From positions 352,001-416,000 of the forward strand of contig OZ240211.1 of assembly GCA_965197525.1 (NCBI GenBank): a stretch of 64,000 bases of DNA. Reading direction: 5' to 3'. This document shows, one piece after another, positions 1 through 18,064 of the stretch (its first letter is position 1; each line of letters starts with the position of its first letter). The translations under genes were made by a program, and so were the position numbers. The notes under the pieces are model-generated. The model was not told the origin of the DNA. It worked only from the letters and a program-made list of their open reading frames with translations, and did not search any database. The DNA comes from Nitrosopumilus sp. Lineage in GTDB: Archaea; Thermoproteota; Nitrososphaeria; Nitrososphaerales; Nitrosopumilaceae.

Positions 1-294
1 CTGCTTTGGAAAAATACCGTTTTTAACATTTGTAAAAAATTCTGTAATCTTATGATTTGCTATTTTTGGTGGACGTCCGGATCTTGGTTTCTCATACAAT
101 CCTACAACTCCAAATTCTTTAAATCGCCTAACCCAATTTTTAATTGTGTTGTAGGATTTGTAAAACAGCTGTGCGATTGTTGAAATCGTTTCACCTTCCT
201 CTACGACATTTAACACTGCAAGCATTCGTTCTTTTGCCTTTGAGTTTAATTCCCTCTTATATACACATATTAATTCCACATTCTGGTTTTCCAC
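1..294 (-). mobile_element. IS630-family transposase, N-terminal HTH part (runs off the left edge; not in ORF track)
   Basis: Manual translation: KAKERMLAVLNVVEEGETISTIAQLFYKSYNTIKNWVRRFKEFGVVGLYEKPRSGRPPK, typical IS630 HTH ending in RSGRPPK. Confidence 0.8.
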
Positions 295-557
295 GATGGG
301 CGATAAATGTTTCAAGCTATAAGTGTTTCTAGTGTTTTTGAAAATTGCAAAGACTTTTTGACGTCACTCTATCATTGTCATCCCTTTCTTTTCACCTTCT
401 TTGAGATTCATTTGACAGACCGGAAGCTGCAATCACCTATCAGAGCGTGAAGCCCATGTTCACGCAGGGGTCAGCCTATCACATAGATACTAGGAGAAGA
501 ATATTACATGTGTTCAGTTACAAATGTATGAATTCGTGCTACTATTATGGTACGTCC

Positions 558-8360
<7,803 letters not shown>

Positions 8361-8374
8361 TCCATACACACTCC

Positions 8375-11300
8375 CTACGAGGTGTCCGGGACGCCTCCTG
8401 ACGCCCTTACCATGCTGTCCAGGATGACCGAGTTGTCAGGTGCCCTGTGTTTGTTATCCACACTCATATCATAAGAGCACGCGTACTGCTCGTCTGGATC
8501 TGCGTCGTAGCGGATCATCTGTGCCACAAGGAACTCCCCGTGCTCTTGGCCCTGCGGCGAGCCGGCACTGCCATGGTATATGGAGTTTCTGCCAGCAAGG
8601 ATGTCCCCCTCCCCATCCACATTCCTAGAGTGCCATTTGTCAAAGGATAATGGAGCTGGCGACCCCACACCGGACAGAATCTGGACGGTCTGTTCGTCTC
8701 CATCTGTGAGGATTATGTCCATGAACCACGCCACGGGGGGCGTTATTCCTTCGGCCCTTGCAGCAGAGGGCCCTATGCCGTCCACCCTTGCCAAGCACGA
8801 GATCTCATAGCTGATGCCAGTATCGCCTGTGACTATGGGAGGTAACCCTACAGTCGTCTCCTTAAATGACGAGATCCCATAGCTGATGCCAGTATCGCCT
8901 GCAATAGTCTCAAACGTGGGCGAGGCATAGCTGACATCATATGTTATTGCCGGGACATGTGACGTAAACGAAAAGATGATCGCCGAGATCAGCGAGATGT
9001 CGCAGGTGTGGCTTTTGGTCCGGTCTATATTTGTGGCGCTCAAATGTGCAGTGACGCTGTCGTCTGATTCCAGGCCACTGATCATCAGTACGCCGTCAGT
9101 AAGAGTGATTTGTTCTGTGGCACTGCCTGCCTGGAGAGTGCCACTGCCATCTAGGATCGTTGCACCTTCCGAGTCAGTCATGGTGATACGTGCGGCCCAC
9201 TCGGCAGACAGGTCCGCGCCGATGACTGTCACCCCGCACTCACCGTTGTACGCGCTGCCGGTTCTGGATACCTTGCCCTGGACTTCTGCCTTTGGTATTG
9301 CCTGTCCGAGGCTGATTATTTGGACGCCGTGGCCTAAGTGTGATACGACTGCAGCGTATGTGGTGTCGCCTAACTCAAAGATGTCGATGCCGATGACACC
9401 TTGAAGTAGAAGGGAGTCACTGTTCTCGATTTTACCCAGGAATTCCGGGTTTTCAGGGTCTGAGAGGCGGAGTATCTGGACGCCGTCGTCCCAGAATCCG
9501 GTGACGGCAGCGTATGCGGTGCCGGCTGACTCGAAGGTGGCGATATTCCATGCGCCGTCAAGCTCAAGGTTACTAGTGTTCTCGAGTATGCCTGTGGCTT
9601 GCGGGTCTGTCGGATCTGACAAATCGATTATCTGGATGCCGTCGTCATCAAATGCTGCGACTGCGGCATAGGTGGTACCATCTGAGATGAAGGTTGCTAT
9701 GCCGCGGGCGCCCTCAAGCTCGCTATAGTCGGTAGGGTTTGAGACGGTACTGTCAATCGCGTTGGCAACTGCCTGTGGGTCTGTCGGGTCTGACAGGTCG
9801 ATTATCTGGACGCCGTGACCGGTAAGCGAGGTGGCTGCCGCGTAGAGGGTTGTAATGCCACCACTAGTTGACTCAAAGGTAACGATGCCTTGGACGTCAG
9901 AAAGTATAACGTTGTTGCTTGCTCTGAGGCTGCCTGCGGCTGATGGCATGGTAGGGTCTGACAAATTAATTATCTGGATGCCGCGGGATGATGTGACAGC
10001 AGCGTAGGTGGTACCGCCTGATTCGAAGATGGTAATGGCTTGGGCGCCGTTAAGCGTGTCATAGTCCGTAGGGTTTGAGGTGGTACTTTCAGTCACGCTG
10101 GCAACTGCCTGTGGGTCTGTCGGGTCTGACAGGTCGATTATCTGGACGCCGTGTTCGCCGGCTGATACGACGGCAGCGTAGGTGGTGGCGATACCACCGC
10201 TAGTTGACTCGAAGGTGGCGATGTTGCGGGGGGCGTGAAGCACGCGGTCAGTGTCGTCTGCGATACTGCCTACGGCTGACGGGATGGCAAGGATCGCGCC
10301 GTCCGTATCTGTGAGTCGGAGTATCTGGACGCCGTGGTTATTAGTTGACGTGACAGCCGCGTAGGTGTTGGTGGTGGTGCCGTCAGTTAACTCAAAGGTA
10401 GCAACATCCCATGGGCCATCAAGTAAAACATCGTCGTCATTGGCGATTTGACCTTCGGGTTCCGGACTGGCCAGGCTGACTGTGGAGTAGATGGTGACAA
10501 CAGTGTCATCAGATACAGAATCGGTGCCGTCAGAGACGGTAAGCGTAAAGGTGACAGAGGTGTGGGACACGACTTCGGGGGCAGTAAAGGTGGTGGAGAG
10601 TGCGTCGCTTTCGGCAAGTCGAATTATCTGGACGCCGTTGTCTAGATTTCCGGTGACGGCAGCATATGTGGTGCCGCCTGACTCGAAGGTGGTAATGCCG
10701 TGGGCGCCGTTGAGCCTGTCATAGTCCGTAGGGTTTGAGACAGTGCTGTCAGTCGCGTTGGCAACGGCCTGCGGGTCTGTAGGGTCTGACAGGTCGATTA
10801 TCTGGACGCCGTCGTCGTTGAAAGAGGCGACGGCGGCATAGGCGGTGTGGTTTGAGAAGAAGACGGTGATGTCACCGGCGCCACCAAGTAGAAGGGAGCC
10901 ACCGTCGGCGATTTGGCCTGCGGGTGCGGGGTTTGCCAGGATTGCGCCGTCTGGGTCTGTGAGTTGGAGTATCTGGACGCCATTCGAGGTTACTGCGGCA
11001 TATGTGATGTGGTTTGAGACAAAGGTGGTGATGTAGCTGCTTGCATTAAGCAGGAGCTGATTGGTGTTGACGAGTTTGCCTGCATCAGACGGGGCTGCCG
11101 GGTCTGACAAATCGATTATCTGGACGCCGGCATCGACAGAAGAGGTTACGGCAGCATAGGTGGCATGGTTTGAGACAAAGGTGGCGATGTCCCAGGCGCC
11201 GTCAAGCAAAAGCCCATTGGTGCCTGTGGTGTCGGCGAGTTTGCCTGCATCAGACGGGGCTGCCGGGTCTGACAAATCGATTATCTGGACGCCGTCTTCA

Positions 11301-14300
11301 ACGGTTGAGGTGACGGCAGCATAGGTGGTGCTGCCTGACTCAAAGGTGGCGATGCTGCGTGGATCACTAAGCAGATTGGTGGTGGTGTCGCTTCGGATTC
11401 CTACACTAGACGGGGCTGCCGGGTCTGACAAATCGATTATATTGACGTTGCTGTCACCTGTCGCGGTGGCTGCAACATAGGTCGTTCCGCCTGACTCAAA
11501 GGTGGCTACGTCCCAGACAAAGGAAAGGTCAGTGCTGCTGCTGCCTGCAGCTTCCGGGTTTTCCGGATCTGACAGATCGATTATCTGGACGCCTCCGTCA
11601 GCGGATGATGCAACAGCTGCATAGGTGGTACCACCTGACTCAAAGGTGGCTATGCCGCGGGCGCCATGAAGGAAAATCTCACCAGAGCCTTCGGTGTCCA
11701 CGATGCTGCCTACGGCTTCCGGGTTTTCCGGGCTTGCAGAGTAGATTGGCAGATCCGAGTCGTGCGTCCAGCTGTAGGTCAGCTGTGTGCTGTCAGGGTC
11801 AGAGGCAGTACCGGACAGGGTGACTGTGTCGCCTGCGTCGACTGTATAGGAGGGGCCGGCCTCTGCAGTAGGCGGCTTGTTCACGTGGGTTATGATAACA
11901 GTGATGTCGTCAGAGGCTGACTCGGTGCCATCAGAGGCCTCAAGGGTAAAGGTAACGGTGGTATCAAAGGCAACTTCGGGGGCGGTAAACGTGGTCGTGG
12001 GGATCCTAGAGTCGGCAAGGCCGATTGGCAGGTCCGAGTCGTGCGTCCACCTGTAAACAAGGGTGTTTCCCTCGGGGTCAGAGGCAGTACCGGACAGGGT
12101 GACTGTGTCCCCCTCGTCGACTGTCTGGTCGGGGCCGGCCTCTACTGTCGGCGTGTTGTTGGGAGGGGAGATGGTGTCGCGTATACGGACAGCAACAGAT
12201 TCAGAAGTGGAATCGGCATCAGAGACGGTGAGGGTGAAAGTGATGGTGCGGTCACCGGGAACCTGGGGGGCAGTAAAGGTGGTGGAGAGTGCACTGTTGT
12301 CGGCAATGCTGACTTGCGGACCCGAGTTGCGCTGCCACGCGTAGGTCAGCGTGTGGCCATCAGGGTCAAAGGCACCCCCCGAGAGTATCACCGTGTCGCC
12401 CTCATGGAATGGCGACGGGTGAGGGACGAGTATCTGGACGCCATGCTCGTTGTTCGAGGTTACTGCGACATGGATGGTACCTCCACGCTCGAATGTGGCG
12501 ATCCCCGTGGCACTTTGAAGCAGAGTGGAGTCGTCATCGGTGATTTGGCCCACGGCTTTAGGGCTTGCCGGGTTTGACAAATCAATTATCTGGACGCCTT
12601 TGTCAACGTCTGATGCGACTGCAGCATAGGTGCGGCCGCCTGAGACGAAGATGGTAATGCCGGTAGCACCTTCAAGTTCTTCATAGTCTGTGAGGTTTGT
12701 GTCGGTGCTGTCAGTCACGCTGGCAACAGCAACAGGGCTGGCAGGGTTTGCCAGGCTGATTATCTGGACGCCGTCCTCGACAGATGATGTAACGGCAGCA
12801 TAAGTCGTTCCGCCTGACTCGAAGATGGCGATGTGTTGCGGGACAGTAAGCACACGGGAGTCGTTGTCGGTGATCTTGCCTATGGATGACGGGTTGGCCT
12901 GGATCATGCCGTTTGAGTCTGTTAGTCGGAGCATCTGGATGCCGTTTTCAATTTGCGAGGCTACTGCAGCATAGGTGGTGCCACCCGACTCGAAGGTGGC
13001 GATGGCACTGGGGCCACTAAGTGCACGGTTGCCGGCATCGGCGATCTTGCCTGCAGGTGTGGGGTTTGACGGGTTTGATAAATTAATTATTTGGACGCCT
13101 GCGTCATCGTACGCTGCCACTGCGGCATAGGCGGTGGTGGTATTGCCACTAGTCGCCTCGAAGATGGCGATGTCGTGGGCGCCGTTAAGCTCAAGGGAAC
13201 CGGTATTGGCTAGTTTGCCTGCCGGTATGGGGTTTGCAGGGTCTGCAAGGCTGATTATCTGGACGCCGTCGTTCCCGTATGATGCAACAGCTGCATAGGT
13301 GGTGGTGGTGGTGGTGGTGGTGGTGGTGCCACTAGTTGACTCGAAGGTGGCGATGCCGCGGGCGTCGTCAAGCAGGAGCTCGTCGTCGTCGTTGATCTTG
13401 CCTGCGGCATACGGGCCTGCCAGGTCTGCAAAGCTGACTATCTGGATGCCGTTGTCTCTGTCTGCGGCAACAGCTGCATAGTTGACGCCGTCTGACTTGA
13501 AGGTGGCGATGCCGCTGGCGCCTTTAAGCACGCGGGAGCCGTTGTCGGCTATGCTGCCTGCGGTCTCTATTGTGCCCAGTGCGGCGGCATTGACAGACGG
13601 TGGGGTATTCAGACGGAGTATCTGGACGCCGTTGTCATTGTCTGAGGCGACGGCAGCATATGCAAAGGTGTTGCCACCGCTGGTTGCCTCGAAGATGGCG
13701 ATGCCACGGGCACCGTGAAGCTCACGGGAGCCGTTGTTGGAGATCTTGCCTGCGGGTGCGGGGTTGTCTAGGATCATGCCGTTTGAGCCTGTGAGTTGGA
13801 GTAGCTGGACACCGTTGTCATCACGTGAGGCGACGGCAGCATATGTTGTTCCGCCGGCCTCGAAGATGGCGATGGATTGTGCGCCGTTAAGCTCGCGGTT
13901 GCCGCCGTCAGTGATCTTGCCTGCGGGTGCTGGGTTTGCCAGGATCATGCCGTTTGAGCCTGTGAGTTGGAGTATCTGGACACCGTTGTCATTGTGTGAG
14001 GCGACGGCAGCATATGTTAGGGTATTGACACCGCTGGTTGCCTCGAAGATGGCGATATCCCAGGCGCCGTGAAGCTCAAGGGAACCTGTGTTGGTGATCC
14101 TGCCCGCATCTGACGGGCTTGTCGGGTCTGACAAATCGAGTATCTGGACGCCGGAGAGGGAGGAAGATCTGGATGATGTGACGGCGGCATATGTTATTCC
14201 GCCGGCCTCGAAGGTGTCGATGCCGCGGGGGTTTCGGATCAGGGCATCGTATCTGCCGATCCCGCCTACGTTTTGCAGACTTGACAAGTCTGAGAAGTCG

Positions 14301-14962
14301 ATTATCTGGACGTTATTGCTTCCTTTTCCTGTGAGGGCCGCGTATGTGTTGGCCGTCCCGAAGACGGCAACGTCCCAGGCTTCGTTAAAACTTTGTCCGC
14401 CGGGATCTCTGAGGTGGCCTGCGGCATTCGGGTTTTCCGGGTCTGAGAGGTCGATTATCTGGAGGCCGTCGTCTCTGTACGAGGCGACTGCAGCATAGGT
14501 GGTGCCGCCGGACTCGAATGTGATGATTCCGGTGGCGCCGTTAAGATCACGTCCATCGGCATCGCGTATCTGGCTTACAGCTTGCGGGTTGTTCCGGATC
14601 ACGCCGTTTGAGTCTGTGAGTTTGAGTATCTGGACACCGCCGCCTATGCGGCTATTGTCTCCGAAGTAATCCGTATTGGGGCGGGCTCCGGCCTTGTATG
14701 ATGTGACGGCAGCATAGGTGGTGCCGCCTGACTCAAAGATGGCTACGTCACGGGCCTCCTCAAGACTGACTCCGCCCCTATCACCGATTCTGCCTGCCTC
14801 AAACGGGCTCATGACGCCGGTCACCTGTGCCCATGCATATTCAAGAAAATCAGGAGGGAACACTGCTGTCCAGGCATGGTCTTCTAAAGAGATGGAGCCC
14901 CAGATTCCCCCCAGGAGTATGATTCCAGCAATCAGGAGTATGAGCCTGTTCCCAGAACCCAT
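8375..14962 (-). CDS. Giant secreted protein A0 (~2200 aa): 28 LVIVD-type repeats in four blocks of 7, three PKD/Ig-like domains, unassigned C-terminal region
   Basis: ORF 8375..15184; hydrophobic LILLIAGIILLGGIWG follows ATG 14962 (alternative starts 15046/15049); repeats GARGIATFESGGTTYAAV...GVQIIDLSDP; PKD motif EAGPDQTVDEGDTVTLSGTASDPEG. Confidence 0.85.
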   Translation of the reverse strand: MGSGNRLILLIAGIILLGGIWGSISLEDHAWTAVFPPDFLEYAWAQVTGVMSPFEAGRIGDRGGVSLEEARDVAIFESGGTTYAAVTSYKAGARPNTDYFGDNSRIGGGVQILKLTDSNGVIRNNPQAVSQIRDADGRDLNGATGIITFESGGTTYAAVASYRDDGLQIIDLSDPENPNAAGHLRDPGGQSFNEAWDVAVFGTANTYAALTGKGSNNVQIIDFSDLSSLQNVGGIGRYDALIRNPRGIDTFEAGGITYAAVTSSRSSSLSGVQILDLSDPTSPSDAGRITNTGSLELHGAWDIAIFEATSGVNTLTYAAVASHNDNGVQILQLTGSNGMILANPAPAGKITDGGNRELNGAQSIAIFEAGGTTYAAVASRDDNGVQLLQLTGSNGMILDNPAPAGKISNNGSRELHGARGIAIFEATSGGNTFAYAAVASDNDNGVQILRLNTPPSVNAAALGTIETAGSIADNGSRVLKGASGIATFKSDGVNYAAVAADRDNGIQIVSFADLAGPYAAGKINDDDELLLDDARGIATFESTSGTTTTTTTTTTYAAVASYGNDGVQIISLADPANPIPAGKLANTGSLELNGAHDIAIFEATSGNTTTAYAAVAAYDDAGVQIINLSNPSNPTPAGKIADAGNRALSGPSAIATFESGGTTYAAVASQIENGIQMLRLTDSNGMIQANPSSIGKITDNDSRVLTVPQHIAIFESGGTTYAAVTSSVEDGVQIISLANPASPVAVASVTDSTDTNLTDYEELEGATGITIFVSGGRTYAAVASDVDKGVQIIDLSNPASPKAVGQITDDDSTLLQSATGIATFERGGTIHVAVTSNNEHGVQILVPHPSPFHEGDTVILSGGAFDPDGHTLTYAWQRNSGPQVSIADNSALSTTFTAPQVPGDRTITFTLTVSDADSTSESVAVRIRDTISPPNNTPTVEAGPDQTVDEGDTVTLSGTASDPEGNTLVYRWTHDSDLPIGLADSRIPTTTFTAPEVAFDTTVTFTLEASDGTESASDDITVIITHVNKPPTAEAGPSYTVDAGDTVTLSGTASDPDSTQLTYSWTHDSDLPIYSASPENPEAVGSIVDTEGSGEIFLHGARGIATFESGGTTYAAVASSADGGVQIIDLSDPENPEAAGSSSTDLSFVWDVATFESGGTTYVAATATGDSNVNIIDLSDPAAPSSVGIRSDTTTNLLSDPRSIATFESGSTTYAAVTSTVEDGVQIIDLSDPAAPSDAGKLADTTGTNGLLLDGAWDIATFVSNHATYAAVTSSVDAGVQIIDLSDPAAPSDAGKLVNTNQLLLNASSYITTFVSNHITYAAVTSNGVQILQLTDPDGAILANPAPAGQIADGGSLLLGGAGDITVFFSNHTAYAAVASFNDDGVQIIDLSDPTDPQAVANATDSTVSNPTDYDRLNGAHGITTFESGGTTYAAVTGNLDNGVQIIRLAESDALSTTFTAPEVVSHTSVTFTLTVSDGTDSVSDDTVVTIYSTVSLASPEPEGQIANDDDVLLDGPWDVATFELTDGTTTNTYAAVTSTNNHGVQILRLTDTDGAILAIPSAVGSIADDTDRVLHAPRNIATFESTSGGIATTYAAVVSAGEHGVQIIDLSDPTDPQAVASVTESTTSNPTDYDTLNGAQAITIFESGGTTYAAVTSSRGIQIINLSDPTMPSAAGSLRASNNVILSDVQGIVTFESTSGGITTLYAAATSLTGHGVQIIDLSDPTDPQAVANAIDSTVSNPTDYSELEGARGIATFISDGTTYAAVAAFDDDGIQIIDLSDPTDPQATGILENTSNLELDGAWNIATFESAGTAYAAVTGFWDDGVQILRLSDPENPEFLGKIENSDSLLLQGVIGIDIFELGDTTYAAVVSHLGHGVQIISLGQAIPKAEVQGKVSRTGSAYNGECGVTVIGADLSAEWAARITMTDSEGATILDGSGTLQAGSATEQITLTDGVLMISGLESDDSVTAHLSATNIDRTKSHTCDISLISAIIFSFTSHVPAITYDVSYASPTFETIAGDTGISYGISSFKETTVGLPPIVTGDTGISYEISCLARVDGIGPSAARAEGITPPVAWFMDIILTDGDEQTVQILSGVGSPAPLSFDKWHSRNVDGEGDILAGRNSIYHGSAGSPQGQEHGEFLVAQMIRYDADPDEQYACSYDMSVDNKHRAPDNSVILDSMVRASGGVPDTS

Positions 14963-14990
14963 CCTACGGCCAAGAGTTATTACGGAGCCA

Positions 14991-15000
14991 CCCCCCCCCC
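14991..15000 (-). repeat. G10 homopolymer just upstream of (or within the extreme 5' end of) A0
   Basis: Ten C on + strand, 29 nt upstream of ATG 14962, next to an ATAAA-type box. Confidence 0.9.
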
Positions 15001-15759
15001 AGTTTATTGATGAATGCTGTGATAATATTGGCAGAGCAGGCGGCATCATTCTGACCTGCTGTTTTTTACTCTCTACAATAGATGGAATTGTACTTTTTTT
15101 GTACGTGTTCACGTCGTACGTAGAAAAATAATTAATGTTCTCAGGATATGTCAAACTTGTGCCTAAATCAGATGATTTTCTCAAACTACGTGAACACGTC
15201 CCCTTTTTTTAATCCACATAACAAAAACACATCAAAAGACATCTGTCCATTCCCCATGATATACAACCAGTAATCCGGCAGTCACTGCACGTGCCATAGC
15301 TGCCAGCGCCACTACTGTCAGGACCTGACAGCCTCCCTTCTTCCCAGACAATCTGAGAGAACCTGTAGCCTGCCAAAGGATGCAGACCATGGCATCAAGC
15401 TTACTTTATTACATTTAATTGAACTGCACATGTTGGTTTTGTTCATAAAACATGCTATAAATTTATATCTAAAAATGGTTCTGTAAAGTTATAGAGACCT
15501 AGATTGAATTTGATTCTGTAACATCTCTGAGACCAAAGTTGTGATTCAGATCTGTTTTGAGTTAGCTGTATGACAGATGATAATCAATCCAACGAAAAAA
15601 CAAAACAATCCAAACTTGATAATCTAGCAGTGGTTGTAGGAGATCAACACTCAGAATCTAAAAAAACCCTCAAGAGATAAACATTCTAAACACAGATAAT
15701 TTGTATCAGACCAGTGTACGGAACCATCTATATTGATCATAAAAGGTTATCTATGTGCG

Positions 15760-15988
15760 CTCTTTTTAAAGATTTTCTGGATTTTAGTGCGTTGGAATAC
15801 AGCATCAGCTAGGAATAGTGTTTCGCCAAGAAGGTGATTGGACACATATCTATACGAGCTCTATCACTCAGTACCATTCTTCATCCATTCATTAGGGTTA
15901 ATAGCAGTTAGGTTCCGAGCATGAAAACTCGCTCCTTTTATCGCGCAAGTCCCTAACCATGATTTCCTGACATTCAGTCATATGCACT
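15760..15988 (-). ncRNA. Candidate IS110 bridge/seek RNA in the non-coding end
   Basis: ~230 nt non-coding; stem GTTAGG/CCTAAC (15907-15957) enclosing an inner hairpin; loop contains an 8-mer identical to the insertion flank. Confidence 0.5.
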
Positions 15989-17133
15989 TCATTTTTTTGC
16001 GAGTTTTCTTCCATCCTTTACACTTTTCCCATCCTTTACATTCTTCAAGTGCTTTGCCTCTGCATTTCTACGTGATTCTGTGCGTTGTCTTTGACATTCT
16101 GCAAAGGTAATTCGTTTTTTTAACATCCAAAATATAATACGCAACATCTTGGCAGCCGTTGCAACTATGGTCTTGGATGTTCCTCGCTTTCTTGCAACAC
16201 GTTTGTAAAACTCTGTCAGGACAGTTGTCTCTTTTGCATGTATCCCATGTGTAAGTGCGGCTTCTGGGAGAACCCATCGCACCGTCTTGTTGCCTGCATT
16301 GGTTATCTTTCCAAGGTGTATTATTCCTGCAGAGTTTCTCACTGACGGGGCCAGTCCGATGTATGCAACTAGTTTGTCAGGGTTTGAGAATCTGCTTATG
16401 TCATCTATCTCTGATGCGATGGCAAGTGCTGTAAACTTTCCTACTCCAGATATTGACATGAGAATTTGTGCATATTCGCTGTCTTTGACCATGTCGTTTA
16501 TCTTGAGATTGGCCATGCTTATGCGCTCATCAAGGGAGTCTATGCATTTCAAATACTCCTCTATCTTCCAATTCTTCAGTCTGCAACTCCCTGTTAAATG
16601 CAGGTGTAAACGTGGTTCCCGGAATCTTGATTGACTCTTGGAGCAGTATGCCATGATCATGTTCTTTATCTGGGTTCTGTTCTCACCATTCTTGTACGAA
16701 AGTGTATGGACCGTTTTTCCTCGACGGTTTTTGGTGGCGAGACATATGATGCATGGATGTAATCTCCCCTGAGCAGGTCTGCCAGTGCATGCGCATCAAA
16801 CCGTTCTGTCTTCTTTTTGGATTTTGCTATGAGGCGTGTAAGATAGGGGTTTGACATGACCACGTCAAGATCCAGGCCCCTCACGAGTTTTTGGTATACG
16901 CCATACCACACGGATGACGATTCCAACACATATTTGGCATTTTTGAGAAACACTGAAAATTCGTGTTCAATTATCCCAAAGTCGTTTTCAACTCTCTTGT
17001 TCATCAAAAGATTTCCTTCTTGATCTACTGCCGCAGCCTGAAGGAATTTTTTGTGCAGATCCAACCCAAAGAACACTTTTTGTTCTTCCTTGGTTTTTTT
17101 GATCCTTGCAGTGGAGGATTTTGTTGTAGCCAT
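15989..17133 (-). pseudogene. IS110 transposase (DEDD RuvC-like N-terminus, C-terminal Ser domain), frameshifted at ~16600-16685
   Basis: FFGLDLHKK, VLESSS, KTERFDA, GVGKFTALAIASEIDDISRF, YIGLAPSVRNS; about three single-base gaps restore RMVxNRTQIKNMIHGILLQESIKIPG. Confidence 0.85.
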
Positions 17134-17311
17134 CACCTGCACACCAGATCTCTGTTTCACAACGGTACTCTTTTTGACGGTAATCTGTTTCTTTGCTTTT
17201 CCCGCCTTTTTTACCTTCTTTGCACGAGGTATCTTGGAATCTGCGGGTTTATGCTTTGTACCATCTAAATTACTTTGTCTGCTTTGCACATATGGTTACA
17301 AAAACAGAACC

Positions 17312-17809
17312 TCATTGTACCAATTCGGGATAGAGAGATAGTGCACCTTTTGCCATAGTTGTCCCCATCTCTGACAAATAGTATTTTTTCCCTTTTTTGA
17401 CTATATGTTCTGCTGCGACCAATTCATCGAGAATCATACTAGAATCCATCTGAATTGCAGATGTCTTTTTTGTCGCACTCTTTTGTAACAAGTACACAAG
17501 CATCTCATCATCTCTGTCAGGTTCAGGATAGTATGATGTACGAATCAACATCTTTTGCATGTTCGCAGGCATTGATGTCATCCCAGTTTTTGCTTTTGCT
17601 TGAACATGTATCAGATGATTTGAGCGAGTTATGTTGATCTTTGTTGATTCTAATTGTTCCTGAAATATCTCTATCAAGTTGAGTATCTTCTGCACAGTTC
17701 TGAAATTTAATTTTGTCTCTTTGCATAGGTGATTCAAGGTGTAGGATTCTCCATCTTCAATGGTATTCATTATTTGTATGGTTGCACTAGTAAGATCCGT
17801 TCTAGACAT
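17312..17809 (-). CDS. Hypothetical protein with probable winged-HTH domains
   Basis: YTLNHLCKETKLNFRTVQKILNLIE and LDELVAAEHIVKKGKKYYLSEMG resemble wHTH helices and wings. Confidence 0.6.
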   Translation of the reverse strand: MSRTDLTSATIQIMNTIEDGESYTLNHLCKETKLNFRTVQKILNLIEIFQEQLESTKINITRSNHLIHVQAKAKTGMTSMPANMQKMLIRTSYYPEPDRDDEMLVYLLQKSATKKTSAIQMDSSMILDELVAAEHIVKKGKKYYLSEMGTTMAKGALSLYPELVQ

Positions 17810-17817
17810 TATGTTAT

Positions 17818-17979
17818 TTATGCCAATATTGTCATATAACACTTATTTCCTTTTTTCAAATAACGATCTACTACTTGTGGTCTCGTAAAACCAGACGTAT
17901 GAACTGCATCATCAATGATTTGTGCTAATCCTTTTACCATAACAACACGGAATATCATACAGGTAGTAGTATTTACCAT
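17818..17979 (-). CDS. Small protein, possible ribbon-helix-helix regulator
   Basis: TTCMIFRV-VMVKGLAQIIDDAVHTSG-FTRPQVVDRYLKKG fits a strand-helix-G-helix pattern; 8 nt upstream of the next gene. Confidence 0.4.
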   Translation of the reverse strand: MVNTTTCMIFRVVMVKGLAQIIDDAVHTSGFTRPQVVDRYLKKGNKCYMTILA

Positions 17980-18064
17980 CTTAAAAACAATACAGTTTGT
18001 GTAATCAACCAAAAAAATATGACTTTATGATGATTTTTGCTTTTGAATCTTAGTATTATAGAAG

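Larger units (their letters stand above)
15745..17298 (-). mobile_element. IS110-family element, ~1.55 kb, long non-coding end downstream of the transposase (IS1111-like layout)
   Basis: GGTTA at both ends (15745-15749, 17294-17298) with sub-terminal inverted TATGTGC (15752-15758) / GCACATA (17286-17292); IS110 transposase inside. Confidence 0.7.

Noticed and set aside
445-481. 7-bp hairpin GCGTGAA/TTCACGC followed by AGGGG...TCAC, resembling an IS200/IS605 right end
   Set aside because: No tnpA or tnpB nearby and the match is too short; could be a terminator or part of the IS630 end.
15278-15331. Cluster of short palindromes (GCAGTCACTGC, GCACGTGC, CTGTCAG-gac-CTGACAG) upstream of A0
   Set aside because: No second copy or cognate regulator to support an operator call.
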